Shown piece by piece: positions 17,496 to 25,610 of a stretch of 64,000 nucleotides of DNA (position 1 is its first letter; each line of letters starts with the position of its first letter). The notes under the pieces are model-generated. The model saw only the letters and a list, made by a program, of their open reading frames with translations. It searched no databases and was not told the origin of the DNA. This DNA is from an uncultured Pseudomonadota bacterium (GTDB lineage: Bacteria > Pseudomonadota > Alphaproteobacteria > RF32 > CAG-239), in NCBI GenBank assembly GCA_902763535.1, contig CACWSG010000003.1, positions 88,779 through 152,778 on the forward strand, in the 5' to 3' direction. A program made the translations under genes and the position numbers.

Positions 17496-17944
17496 GATAC
17501 GTCTCCTTCAATACCAAGTTCTTTTCGTATTTTATCTGCGAATTTTTCTATTTTTTTTGCATTTGTTTCTACCATATTTTCTCTATCTTTTCTTTTTTTT
17601 ATTTTGATATATGTGTCCGTAATATCGTTACAAAGCTTATAATATTCTTTGTATATTGTCGGTGATGCATATACCATCATGTATGACTGCAAGTCATTAA
17701 ATGCTTTTTTATATTCTTCATATTCATCTTCAATAACGCGCTTCTCCCTGTAACACTTTTCATGACGTGTCAGGACATCAATAACTCTTAAATACGTTTC
17801 TTCTCTTTTTTCTCTTAAATGAACTTTTTGCTCTCCAACTGACTTGCGCCACTCAGTAAACCAAGTGAAGCCACCGGTTAAAATTGCACCAACGATAATG
17901 CCAAATAACTGAGATTCTAAGAATGTTTTAAGAATTTCACACAT
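17486..17944 (-). CDS. Single-pass membrane protein with helical cytoplasmic domain (hypothetical)
   Basis: 152 aa with an N-terminal TM (LFGIIVGAILTGGFTWF). Its stop overlaps the hsdR start by 10 nt. Confidence 0.5.
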   Translation of the reverse strand: MCEILKTFLESQLFGIIVGAILTGGFTWFTEWRKSVGEQKVHLREKREETYLRVIDVLTRHEKCYREKRVIEDEYEEYKKAFNDLQSYMMVYASPTIYKEYYKLCNDITDTYIKIKKRKDRENMVETNAKKIEKFADKIRKELGIEGDVSWL

Positions 17945-17964
17945 TTTTTATTTTTCTCCATTTA

Positions 17965-19083
17965 CTACTCATAAAAATCTGGGTCAGGATCCAAATAACC
18001 TAGATCAACATTAAAATTTCGGTCAGATAGGGATATATCTTCAATAGACAAACCTTCTTTTACATCTTTCAATCTGACTACAATAGAACTTTTAATATGT
18101 ATAGTCTCATCAATTGTAGCATTAGCCATTGTAATATCTACGCCATCTTCTCTGTCGTAGAAATAAAGAGGAGTAATACCCTCTATATGAAATTCTAGGT
18201 TTATAGGGCAGGATATAATCACTTCATTATTTTCAATTTTTAATATATTAAATTCGACATCACTATTAATTTCCTTAAAATTAAAATCTTCAAGATGATA
18301 TTCGATATCATCTACATTTTGGTATCCCCACATAGAATCTGCACTGAAGAATATCGATATTTTATCCTCGTTTTCCAATAAAAATTCATTAATGTCATCT
18401 TTTATTACCTGAAATTCTGCTGAATTTTTATTAAAATTGTTTTTAAGTTTATTTAAGATTTCTTCCTTTTCGTGAATGATTCTATTAATCATATCCAATA
18501 GAGTTTTTAAATCTTTTGGTGCAATTATACCTTTATTTTCCTGCGCAAACTTTGTCCAATCACCATCAGTTGATACTACATATAAATCTTTATTTTTGCC
18601 TTTCATATAATCCCTAAGAGAAAGTAAGATATAAGCATCCTTAAATTCATTTTGTTTTGCTTTTTGTTCTGAAAAAGGAGGTCTTTTTGCAAAATATAAA
18701 GATAAAACTTCTTCTGTTTGTACATTTGAAGACGGGACAATCTCACACCTGGTTTCAGATAAAAAATTGCTTATTTTTTGCTCCGCCAGTTCTTTTGCTC
18801 TTAAAGCGAAATTATTTATTTTTTTTGCAAGCTCTGTATCGTTTATCTCTATATCTTTACAATAACTTTTAATATTTTGTATTGCTTTAGTTGCTTTAAT
18901 TTCAGATTCTTGAATATCTTTGAGAATATGAACCTTTGTTTCTCTAACGACAACATCTGATAATAAAAGATGTATGTATTCATTTTGAGAAAGTTCTATT
19001 AATGACTTAAAAACTTCATTGTCAAAGTCATAATTATTGCTTTTTATAACTGATGTATCAATACTTACAAAGAAATCACACAT
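17965..19083 (-). CDS. PIN-like (DUF4935-type) domain protein with unknown C-terminal domain
   Basis: The N-terminal 190 aa has PIN-like acidic positions (SID9TS, VVRETK, EFKDAYIL, VVSTDGDW). Its start overlaps the hsdS stop (TAATG). Confidence 0.5.
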   Translation of the reverse strand: MCDFFVSIDTSVIKSNNYDFDNEVFKSLIELSQNEYIHLLLSDVVVRETKVHILKDIQESEIKATKAIQNIKSYCKDIEINDTELAKKINNFALRAKELAEQKISNFLSETRCEIVPSSNVQTEEVLSLYFAKRPPFSEQKAKQNEFKDAYILLSLRDYMKGKNKDLYVVSTDGDWTKFAQENKGIIAPKDLKTLLDMINRIIHEKEEILNKLKNNFNKNSAEFQVIKDDINEFLLENEDKISIFFSADSMWGYQNVDDIEYHLEDFNFKEINSDVEFNILKIENNEVIISCPINLEFHIEGITPLYFYDREDGVDITMANATIDETIHIKSSIVVRLKDVKEGLSIEDISLSDRNFNVDLGYLDPDPDFYE

Positions 19084-20345
19084 TATGCAACCTCCTTTTT
19101 GCCTGTGACGTATTCATAAATTAAAGATTTTTTGTAATTTGCCATTTCGGCCAAGAATTGTTGCTTCTTTTCGACTAAAGTATCAATCTCAGCACATTTT
19201 TCATCAAGATATTGTGCAATTTCTTTTTGTTCTTCAAGCGGTGGAATTAAAACTTGTAAATCCTTTAATAATTCTTGACTAAGAGAAGCTCTTGTAACTA
19301 AATTCATTTCTTTTACAAAATATAAGCGCAAATGAGAACTTGCCATGTAGTATTTTGAATATTCAAAATCCAATTTTGTTGTATATGGACGACACCTTAT
19401 CAAAAATCCTGCAAATGTTGCATTTTCAAATGAATTTAGGCAGATGGATGTTAAACCAATCTCTTCAATTGTTTCCGATGTTCTTGTGAAAAAGATATCT
19501 CCTTGTTTTACAGAATATCTGTTTAATTCCTCTTCAGTTGCATTACATAGGCCGGAAACAGTTTCTGGTAGTACATCATTATTGTAGACGTCTTTATATG
19601 AGACGAAGGGAAATCCCTTACCAAAAAATTCTGCTGATTTGCTTATTCCATTTTGGCACCGATAAAGATACCGTAGTTTTATAACGCTCCAATCGGTTGG
19701 AATCTCGCCAATCCATTCAATGTTACTATCTTGCATTGGGCGGTTTGGACGGATACCCTTGGTTACAGCTTTTGTGATTACCGATTGTTTTAACTTCTTA
19801 TATTCCTCAATAGATTGTTCGGTTTTGCTGATAATTTCATCAATCGCCCCGCATTTTTCATCTAGAAACGTCGCAATTTTCTGTTGCTCAGGTAATGGCG
19901 GAAGAATTGTTGTAATAGCAGCCATTTCATTATTCATAATTTTTGCACCATTTATATCTATTCGTTTGTGGTAAAATGCAATGTGTCCAAGAGCATATTT
20001 CATATAAGATAAAGATACTTTTTCAGTTTTCGACTGAAGTGTCCCACACACATTAGTACAATTATGTTTACCTTCTCTAAGGAAAACCGTTCCGGCATTT
20101 GCGCCATCTGTTGTCCAAGTTAGTTGATTTGTATCAAAATCATATGTCTTGATATAACCGAGTAGCCCGTCGTTCTTTGTTTGTGAAGAATATACCGGAT
20201 ATCCGCTATCTTCTAACTCTGTTGTTGCAATAACTCTACCTCTACCAATGTTAAATAATTGTCGAACTTGCACAAGTTTGTAATTTTCAGGAATTTCGCC
20301 GATCCACTCAACACCGCTGTCTTTCATCATCCTAGTCATTGGCAT
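19083..20345 (-). CDS. hsdS: Type I restriction enzyme S subunit (two target-recognition domains)
   Basis: 420 aa with a duplicated architecture. The conserved helical spacers (LPPLPEQQKIATFLDEKC and IPPLEEQKEIAQYLDEKC) are typical of HsdS. Confidence 0.9.
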   Translation of the reverse strand: MPMTRMMKDSGVEWIGEIPENYKLVQVRQLFNIGRGRVIATTELEDSGYPVYSSQTKNDGLLGYIKTYDFDTNQLTWTTDGANAGTVFLREGKHNCTNVCGTLQSKTEKVSLSYMKYALGHIAFYHKRIDINGAKIMNNEMAAITTILPPLPEQQKIATFLDEKCGAIDEIISKTEQSIEEYKKLKQSVITKAVTKGIRPNRPMQDSNIEWIGEIPTDWSVIKLRYLYRCQNGISKSAEFFGKGFPFVSYKDVYNNDVLPETVSGLCNATEEELNRYSVKQGDIFFTRTSETIEEIGLTSICLNSFENATFAGFLIRCRPYTTKLDFEYSKYYMASSHLRLYFVKEMNLVTRASLSQELLKDLQVLIPPLEEQKEIAQYLDEKCAEIDTLVEKKQQFLAEMANYKKSLIYEYVTGKKEVA

Positions 20346-21240
20346 TCTCCTCTGAAAATTGAGTATACATTTTCATCAGAAATGCCAACTCCATAAAGCA
20401 TTTAACAATATTTTCGGCAGAATTGTATTGTAAATCAATCCCATGTAAAATTTTATGTCGGAATAAACCTTTCTTTCGCATATCATCTTGCACTTTATCT
20501 ACTTGCTTCCCATTTTTGAATGTATTTGCTATGACCTCATAATTATAGTAAAGATTATAAGACGCTTTTCCCATCATATAATGCTCAAAAATATCCTTAT
20601 TAATTTTAGCATTCCCTTGAACAACAAATTCACAATTTTTAGGTTTTTTTCCATTAGCACTTAAAGGGCAGAGTATTTTTTTACTACTTTCTTTAAGTTG
20701 TTTTTTTATTTCATTTTTTTGCTGTTCAGGAACTAAATTTGGCAAAGCATCATATATTCCCGTAATTTGGCTCAAAAGTGCTGGTATTACAACATAAGAT
20801 GACACTTCTAATGGATTATTATGAAGAACTGTTATACAGCTATCTATAATGGGAAATCTGTTGCTAAATTGTTTATTTCCTCTGTATGGATTAAAGAGTT
20901 TTTCAAGATTAGAAAAGCTGTTTTCTTTATAGTAATTCATAATAATCTGCTCAATGTCTTGAATGCTTCTCTTATTACTATCTTTAAGGATTTTTAGTAA
21001 TTTTTCATCCATGATAATCCAGTAGTTTCGTAACAATTCTGATTTTAATTGCTCTGTATCAATCCATTCAATAAAAGCAAGAGCTGCTTTTTCTATAACC
21101 GGTTGAACTGCTTTGGCGATTTCTTGTGCTGCTTTAATAAAGGGAGAAATAACAGCATCAATAGCTTGAAATGACTTTTGCAAATCATCAAAAAATGGTA
21201 TTTGTGGAAAATTTTCTTTAGGTTTCAAATTGTTAGCCAT
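20332..21240 (-). CDS. Hypothetical protein with C-terminal HEPN-like R-x4-H motif
   Basis: 302 aa. GLFR261HKILH266G sits in a helical C-terminal region. The gene is wedged between hsdM and hsdS and overlaps the hsdS start by 14 nt. Confidence 0.4.
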   Translation of the reverse strand: MANNLKPKENFPQIPFFDDLQKSFQAIDAVISPFIKAAQEIAKAVQPVIEKAALAFIEWIDTEQLKSELLRNYWIIMDEKLLKILKDSNKRSIQDIEQIIMNYYKENSFSNLEKLFNPYRGNKQFSNRFPIIDSCITVLHNNPLEVSSYVVIPALLSQITGIYDALPNLVPEQQKNEIKKQLKESSKKILCPLSANGKKPKNCEFVVQGNAKINKDIFEHYMMGKASYNLYYNYEVIANTFKNGKQVDKVQDDMRKKGLFRHKILHGIDLQYNSAENIVKCFMELAFLMKMYTQFSEENAND

Positions 21241-21251
21241 TTTAATATTCC

Positions 21252-23009
21252 TTATTCTCCCTTTGGAAACAAGCGTTTGAGCGAGTTTGTAATATCGGTT
21301 TCAAGAACATTTATGCGACCAATGATGTCAGATGTCTTTTCCGGTGCCTGATATTTATAAAAATAACGTGTCATTGGGATTTCGTAGCCAATTTTAGTTT
21401 TGTTGGCATCCACCCATGCTTCCGGCGCATAAGGTTTAACTTCGCGTTCAAAATAATCATTAATATCTTCATTCATCGGCACGTTTTCAGTATCACGTAA
21501 GTTTGTGTCTGCGACAGGTTTACCCTTTTTAAGAATAATCCTGCCGTTTTCATCTTTTTGCGGTTGTTCTACGACAATTTTTTGGTAACCAAAGTCAAAA
21601 GTGCTGAAAATCTTGCTTTCACAATAAATGCCGTTTTCATCGCCATAAATTTTATCGTTCTTAAACTCACCAAAGGCGGTTACAATGATATTGCGGCATT
21701 TATCGGTAATATCGTTACGTTTGTTACCGATGGACTTACGGCGCGGCTCAAAACAATGGCTAGCATCAATCAGTTGAACTTTGCCTTGTTTGCGTGCCGG
21801 CTTATTTTTATTCAAAACCCAAACGTATGTTGCAATACCTGTGTTCATAAATTGATCATTAGAAAGTTGAACGATAGCTTCCAGCCAGTCATTTTCTAAA
21901 ATATAACGACGAATTTCAGACGGACCGGAACCGGCATCACCGCTGAACAACGGCGATCCATTCTGAATGATAGCCATTCTGCCGTCATCTGCCATTTTTG
22001 CAATGCCGTTAAGCATAAATAGTTGCTGACCATCAGAAATTTTTGGTAATCCCGGCTCAAAACGTCCTTCTTTGCCAAGATTATGTTCAGCTTCTACGGC
22101 TTTTTGCTCTTTTTTCCAATCAATGCCAAATGGCGGATTAGAAATCAGGTATTTAAACTTAAATCCTTTGAATTTATCATCCGAGAGGGTATCGCCATAG
22201 CGCATATTATTTGCTTCACCGCCGCGGATTAGCATATCTGCCTTGGCGATGGCAAATGTTGACGGATTAAATTCTTGTCCGAAACAAGTGACAACGGCAT
22301 CGGCATTAAGCTGTTTAATGCGTTCTTCCATGCAGGACAACATCTGGCTTGTTCCCATCGTCATATCGTAAACCGAGATGTTTTCATCACGTAAATTAGC
22401 ATCTGTCAAAAGAAGGTCTGTCATTAGATAAATAATATCGCGGCTGGTAAAGTGCGCTCCGGCTTCTTCGTCATAAGATTCTGAAAAGCGGCGAACCAAA
22501 TCCTCAAAAATATAACCGCAGTCAACTGCCGTAATTTTATCCGGCCCTAAATAACCGTTGGCAGTGTTAAATTCTTTTATAACCCAATAAAGCGTGTCAG
22601 ATTCTACCATGCGTTTGATAATATTTTCAAATTCAAACTTGGCCAAAACGTCTTGAACATTCTGCGAAAAGCCATTCAAATAGGACTTGAAGTTGGATTC
22701 AATGTGCGCCGGGTCAGCTAATAGCTTTTCAAACGTGAATTTACTGGTGTTATAAAATTGATAGTGGCTTGCTTTGCACATAAAGCCGTCAATAACCTGA
22801 AATTTTTTAACTTGCTCATATTTTGCCTGCATTTCATCATAATGGGGCAATAAGCAGTCATGAAAACGCTTAACAACCGTCATCGGCAAGATAACCAAAC
22901 CGTATTCGTGTGGCTTGAATGGCCCAGCCAAGTGATTGGCAATATTCCAAATCACCGTTGCCTTCTCTTGCAAATTTTTCCCAACTTCTTTAAACGCTTC
23001 ATTTGACAT
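21252..23009 (-). CDS. hsdM: Type I restriction enzyme M subunit (N6-adenine methyltransferase)
   Basis: Motif IV is LISNPPFG and motif I-like is YDMTMGTSQML. An HsdM N-terminal domain is present. An AGGAG RBS lies 6 nt before the ATG at 23009 (the track ORF begins at an upstream TTG). Confidence 0.9.
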   Translation of the reverse strand: MSNEAFKEVGKNLQEKATVIWNIANHLAGPFKPHEYGLVILPMTVVKRFHDCLLPHYDEMQAKYEQVKKFQVIDGFMCKASHYQFYNTSKFTFEKLLADPAHIESNFKSYLNGFSQNVQDVLAKFEFENIIKRMVESDTLYWVIKEFNTANGYLGPDKITAVDCGYIFEDLVRRFSESYDEEAGAHFTSRDIIYLMTDLLLTDANLRDENISVYDMTMGTSQMLSCMEERIKQLNADAVVTCFGQEFNPSTFAIAKADMLIRGGEANNMRYGDTLSDDKFKGFKFKYLISNPPFGIDWKKEQKAVEAEHNLGKEGRFEPGLPKISDGQQLFMLNGIAKMADDGRMAIIQNGSPLFSGDAGSGPSEIRRYILENDWLEAIVQLSNDQFMNTGIATYVWVLNKNKPARKQGKVQLIDASHCFEPRRKSIGNKRNDITDKCRNIIVTAFGEFKNDKIYGDENGIYCESKIFSTFDFGYQKIVVEQPQKDENGRIILKKGKPVADTNLRDTENVPMNEDINDYFEREVKPYAPEAWVDANKTKIGYEIPMTRYFYKYQAPEKTSDIIGRINVLETDITNSLKRLFPKGE

Positions 23010-23030
23010 TATATTCTCCTGCAAAATACC

Positions 23031-23405
23031 TCAATTTTCCTCTATAGTTTGAATGAAATTGCTTAAACGCTCTCTATCTTCGTTTTCTTTGTCGCCTTTG
23101 AAATACATTTCAATAAAGGTTACTTGTCTTTTGCTTTCTTCCCACACAAAAATAACACGAATGCCGGAAGCGGCTCCGCGTCCTTTCAGTGTCATACACG
23201 AAAATTTACGAACTTTATTAGAAGTATAATTCTCGGAACAAAAACCTTCTATCGGAACGAAAGCGGTCGTTGGCTGACCTTTTTCGTAATAGGTCTCCAA
23301 CGTATATTTTTTCATATTTTCAAAGTCTTTTTCCAAAGATTTAAAGCGCTTTAATAATGATTTGAAATCTTTATTAAATTCGGGAATAGTCACGTAGTTA
23401 ATCAT
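23031..23405 (-). CDS. RelE/ParE-superfamily-like toxin (putative)
   Basis: About 124 aa. The pattern GAASGIRVIFVWEE..VTFIEMYFKGDKENED resembles RelE/HigB-type toxins. It overlaps the upstream HTH-Panacea gene by 8 nt. Confidence 0.45.
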   Translation of the reverse strand: MINYVTIPEFNKDFKSLLKRFKSLEKDFENMKKYTLETYYEKGQPTTAFVPIEGFCSENYTSNKVRKFSCMTLKGRGAASGIRVIFVWEESKRQVTFIEMYFKGDKENEDRERLSNFIQTIEEN

Positions 23406-24171
23406 TTTCGTCCGCATACTCCCGACGTGAAGTCTCATCATTTCTGTAAAAAACAGCTTCGTAATCTAAAACATCTCCCATATCTGCGCCAACCCATGGA
23501 ATGTCTTTATGAGAGTAAGCCGATAATTCTGATCCCGTCATATCAGATAAACGCTCAAGCTCTTTATCGATGTGTTTTAGTTCTTGAGCAGATAAAATCG
23601 TTAAATCCGGTTCCTTAATCGGTAAATATTTTGTTTGATCCTTATTGAAATATTTTGTTTTTATTTCCTCTAACTCACCGTCTTTTTCCATTTCTTTGAT
23701 TAGCTTTGCAAAATCAACAGGTGTAGGACCATAAGTATTTTTAATATACTTTAACCCCATAAGCTGTTCTTCAAATAGCTCATAGTAATCAAAATCTATA
23801 AAATAGAGCAATTTATAGATAACAGTTTGACCAACATTTGGTTTTGCGCCAACTTTATTTAATATGTACAATAAAACTTGCTTGAACTTAGAAATATTTT
23901 CTTGAGGAATATCTATACGAATATCTTGTTTTGGTTTAGTATTAGGTTTACTAACAATATTGTATTCCGGTGTTGTTGGCATACGATTATCGATAAAGCA
24001 CGAATAATCAACATTAAAAATCTTTGCAAGTTTTTTAATGGTTTCTAATGGAAAAGGTGTTTCCTCATTTTCGTATTTACCTAATGTTTGGCGCGTAATT
24101 CCTAATTCAGATGCCAAATCATCTTGAGAAATGTTTTCTTTTTCTCTTAATGTTTTTAAAATGCTAACCAT
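23398..24171 (-). CDS. XRE-HTH plus Panacea (DUF4065/SocA-like) domain antitoxin-type protein
   Basis: N-terminal HTH (ISQDDLASELGITRQTLGKYE). The central segment VIYKLLYFIDFDYYELFEEQLMGLKYIKNTYGPTPVDF is typical of DUF4065. An RBS precedes the ATG at 24171. Confidence 0.6.
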   Translation of the reverse strand: MVSILKTLREKENISQDDLASELGITRQTLGKYENEETPFPLETIKKLAKIFNVDYSCFIDNRMPTTPEYNIVSKPNTKPKQDIRIDIPQENISKFKQVLLYILNKVGAKPNVGQTVIYKLLYFIDFDYYELFEEQLMGLKYIKNTYGPTPVDFAKLIKEMEKDGELEEIKTKYFNKDQTKYLPIKEPDLTILSAQELKHIDKELERLSDMTGSELSAYSHKDIPWVGADMGDVLDYEAVFYRNDETSRREYADEND

Positions 24172-24350
24172 GGCAGACCTCTCTTTTATAAAAAATATAA
24201 TATATTTCTTCTTAAATGTCAAGATATTTTAACAATCAAATGTTAATAATTATTTACAATAGATAACCTCGGCAATTTATATGATAGAAAGCAAAGAAAC
24301 TTGATTTTATTTCAGTACACAGTTATAAAAGGATAAAATTATTAAATCAG

Positions 24351-24836
24351 GTGCTTAAAATGATTAAAGTTTTGTTTGTATGTCTTGGGAATATTTGTCG
24401 GTCGCCGATGGCGCAGTTTGTGTTTAAGCAAATGGTTGAGGAGCGCGGTTTGTCCGACCAGTTTGAAATTGATTCTGCGGCAACTGAAAGTTACAACGAG
24501 ATGTGCCACGCCGGCATTCATCATGGCACGCGCGAGATGTTGAAATCCATGCATGTGCCGTTTGAGGAACATTATTCGCGTCGCATTCGTCCGCACGATT
24601 ATGCTTATTATGACTATATTTTGGCGATGGATGATAGCAATATTGAGGACATTCAATCGCTCGTCGGTCCGGATACGGAAAACAAAATCCATCGCTTGCT
24701 TGATTTTACTAACAATCCGCGCAATATTCGCGACCCATGGTACACCGGCAATTTTGACGAGAGTTATTGGGATATCTATGAGGGCTGTCAGGCATTTTTG
24801 GAGTATTTGAAGGAGAACTCCCAAAATGAACTCTGA
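24351..24836 (+). CDS. Low-molecular-weight protein-tyrosine phosphatase
   Basis: P-loop VLFVCLGNICRSPMA (C-x5-R-S) and a DPWY-type Asp loop are present. Confidence 0.85.
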   Translation: MLKMIKVLFVCLGNICRSPMAQFVFKQMVEERGLSDQFEIDSAATESYNEMCHAGIHHGTREMLKSMHVPFEEHYSRRIRPHDYAYYDYILAMDDSNIEDIQSLVGPDTENKIHRLLDFTNNPRNIRDPWYTGNFDESYWDIYEGCQAFLEYLKENSQNEL

Positions 24837-25584
24837 ATTAGAATTAATCCCTTTTATTAAACAAGCACTTATAAACATAGAAGGTAAAGAATTTAAGAGG
24901 ATTAACAGCACAGCTATCTTGTCTCTTAGAGTTTTGTCTGGAGCAATTTTTGCTCTTTGCCGCGATGCCTTCACTTTATTGGAAAATAATAGAGTATTCA
25001 CAGCTTGCTCATTAACATGTCAGGCGATTGAAGCACAAATACAACTGTTATGTATTGATAAGATGTTTGATACAAAAGGCAGAGATTACTACGAATTTGC
25101 TTTTGTAGAACAATTAAGAAGTTTATCAATAAATCCGCAATGGCAGGAGAAAACGCTTTTAAGAATGCACCACTATAACTGTGAAAGATTTTATACCGGT
25201 AAAGGTAAAAATACATCAGATATTGATAGCTATCATAAAAACTGGTATAGATCATTTGCTAACAGTATAAAAGACTTAAGCAAAATTGCTTTTCCTTATT
25301 TTAAGGAAATATTTCATTCTCAAGGCATTGTTTTTGTAGAGGAAGATTTAAATATTGATTTGCTTTATGAAAATTACCAGACTTTATGTTCATTTAAGCA
25401 TTTATCACCGTTTTTTGTAGGAGAAACTTTCCAAGTACAAGGTAAATTACTAGAGGAACATAAGATTAATCACAAGGAAGTGGCTTTGACTAGTATATAT
25501 ACAGCACTTATATCGGTAATATTGGTTCTTAATCGACATGGCGAGCAAATATCAATTGAAGGGTGTTTATTTAATAGAACATAG
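24826..25584 (+). CDS. Hypothetical protein (252 aa)
   Basis: The ORF overlaps the phosphatase stop by 11 nt. It looks helical and no motif was recognised. Confidence 0.4.
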   Translation: MNSELELIPFIKQALINIEGKEFKRINSTAILSLRVLSGAIFALCRDAFTLLENNRVFTACSLTCQAIEAQIQLLCIDKMFDTKGRDYYEFAFVEQLRSLSINPQWQEKTLLRMHHYNCERFYTGKGKNTSDIDSYHKNWYRSFANSIKDLSKIAFPYFKEIFHSQGIVFVEEDLNIDLLYENYQTLCSFKHLSPFFVGETFQVQGKLLEEHKINHKEVALTSIYTALISVILVLNRHGEQISIEGCLFNRT

Positions 25585-25610
25585 CTTTTATCTATCTTAT
25601 TTGAATCGAA

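Noticed and set aside
24342-25001. A 219-aa minus-strand ORF, and many other long antisense ORFs (for example 1746-2069, 31212-31658, 36453-36971, 49878-50324)
   Set aside because: Each lies antisense to or overlaps a gene with strong family motifs. They have odd composition and no RBS, so they are treated as shadow ORFs.
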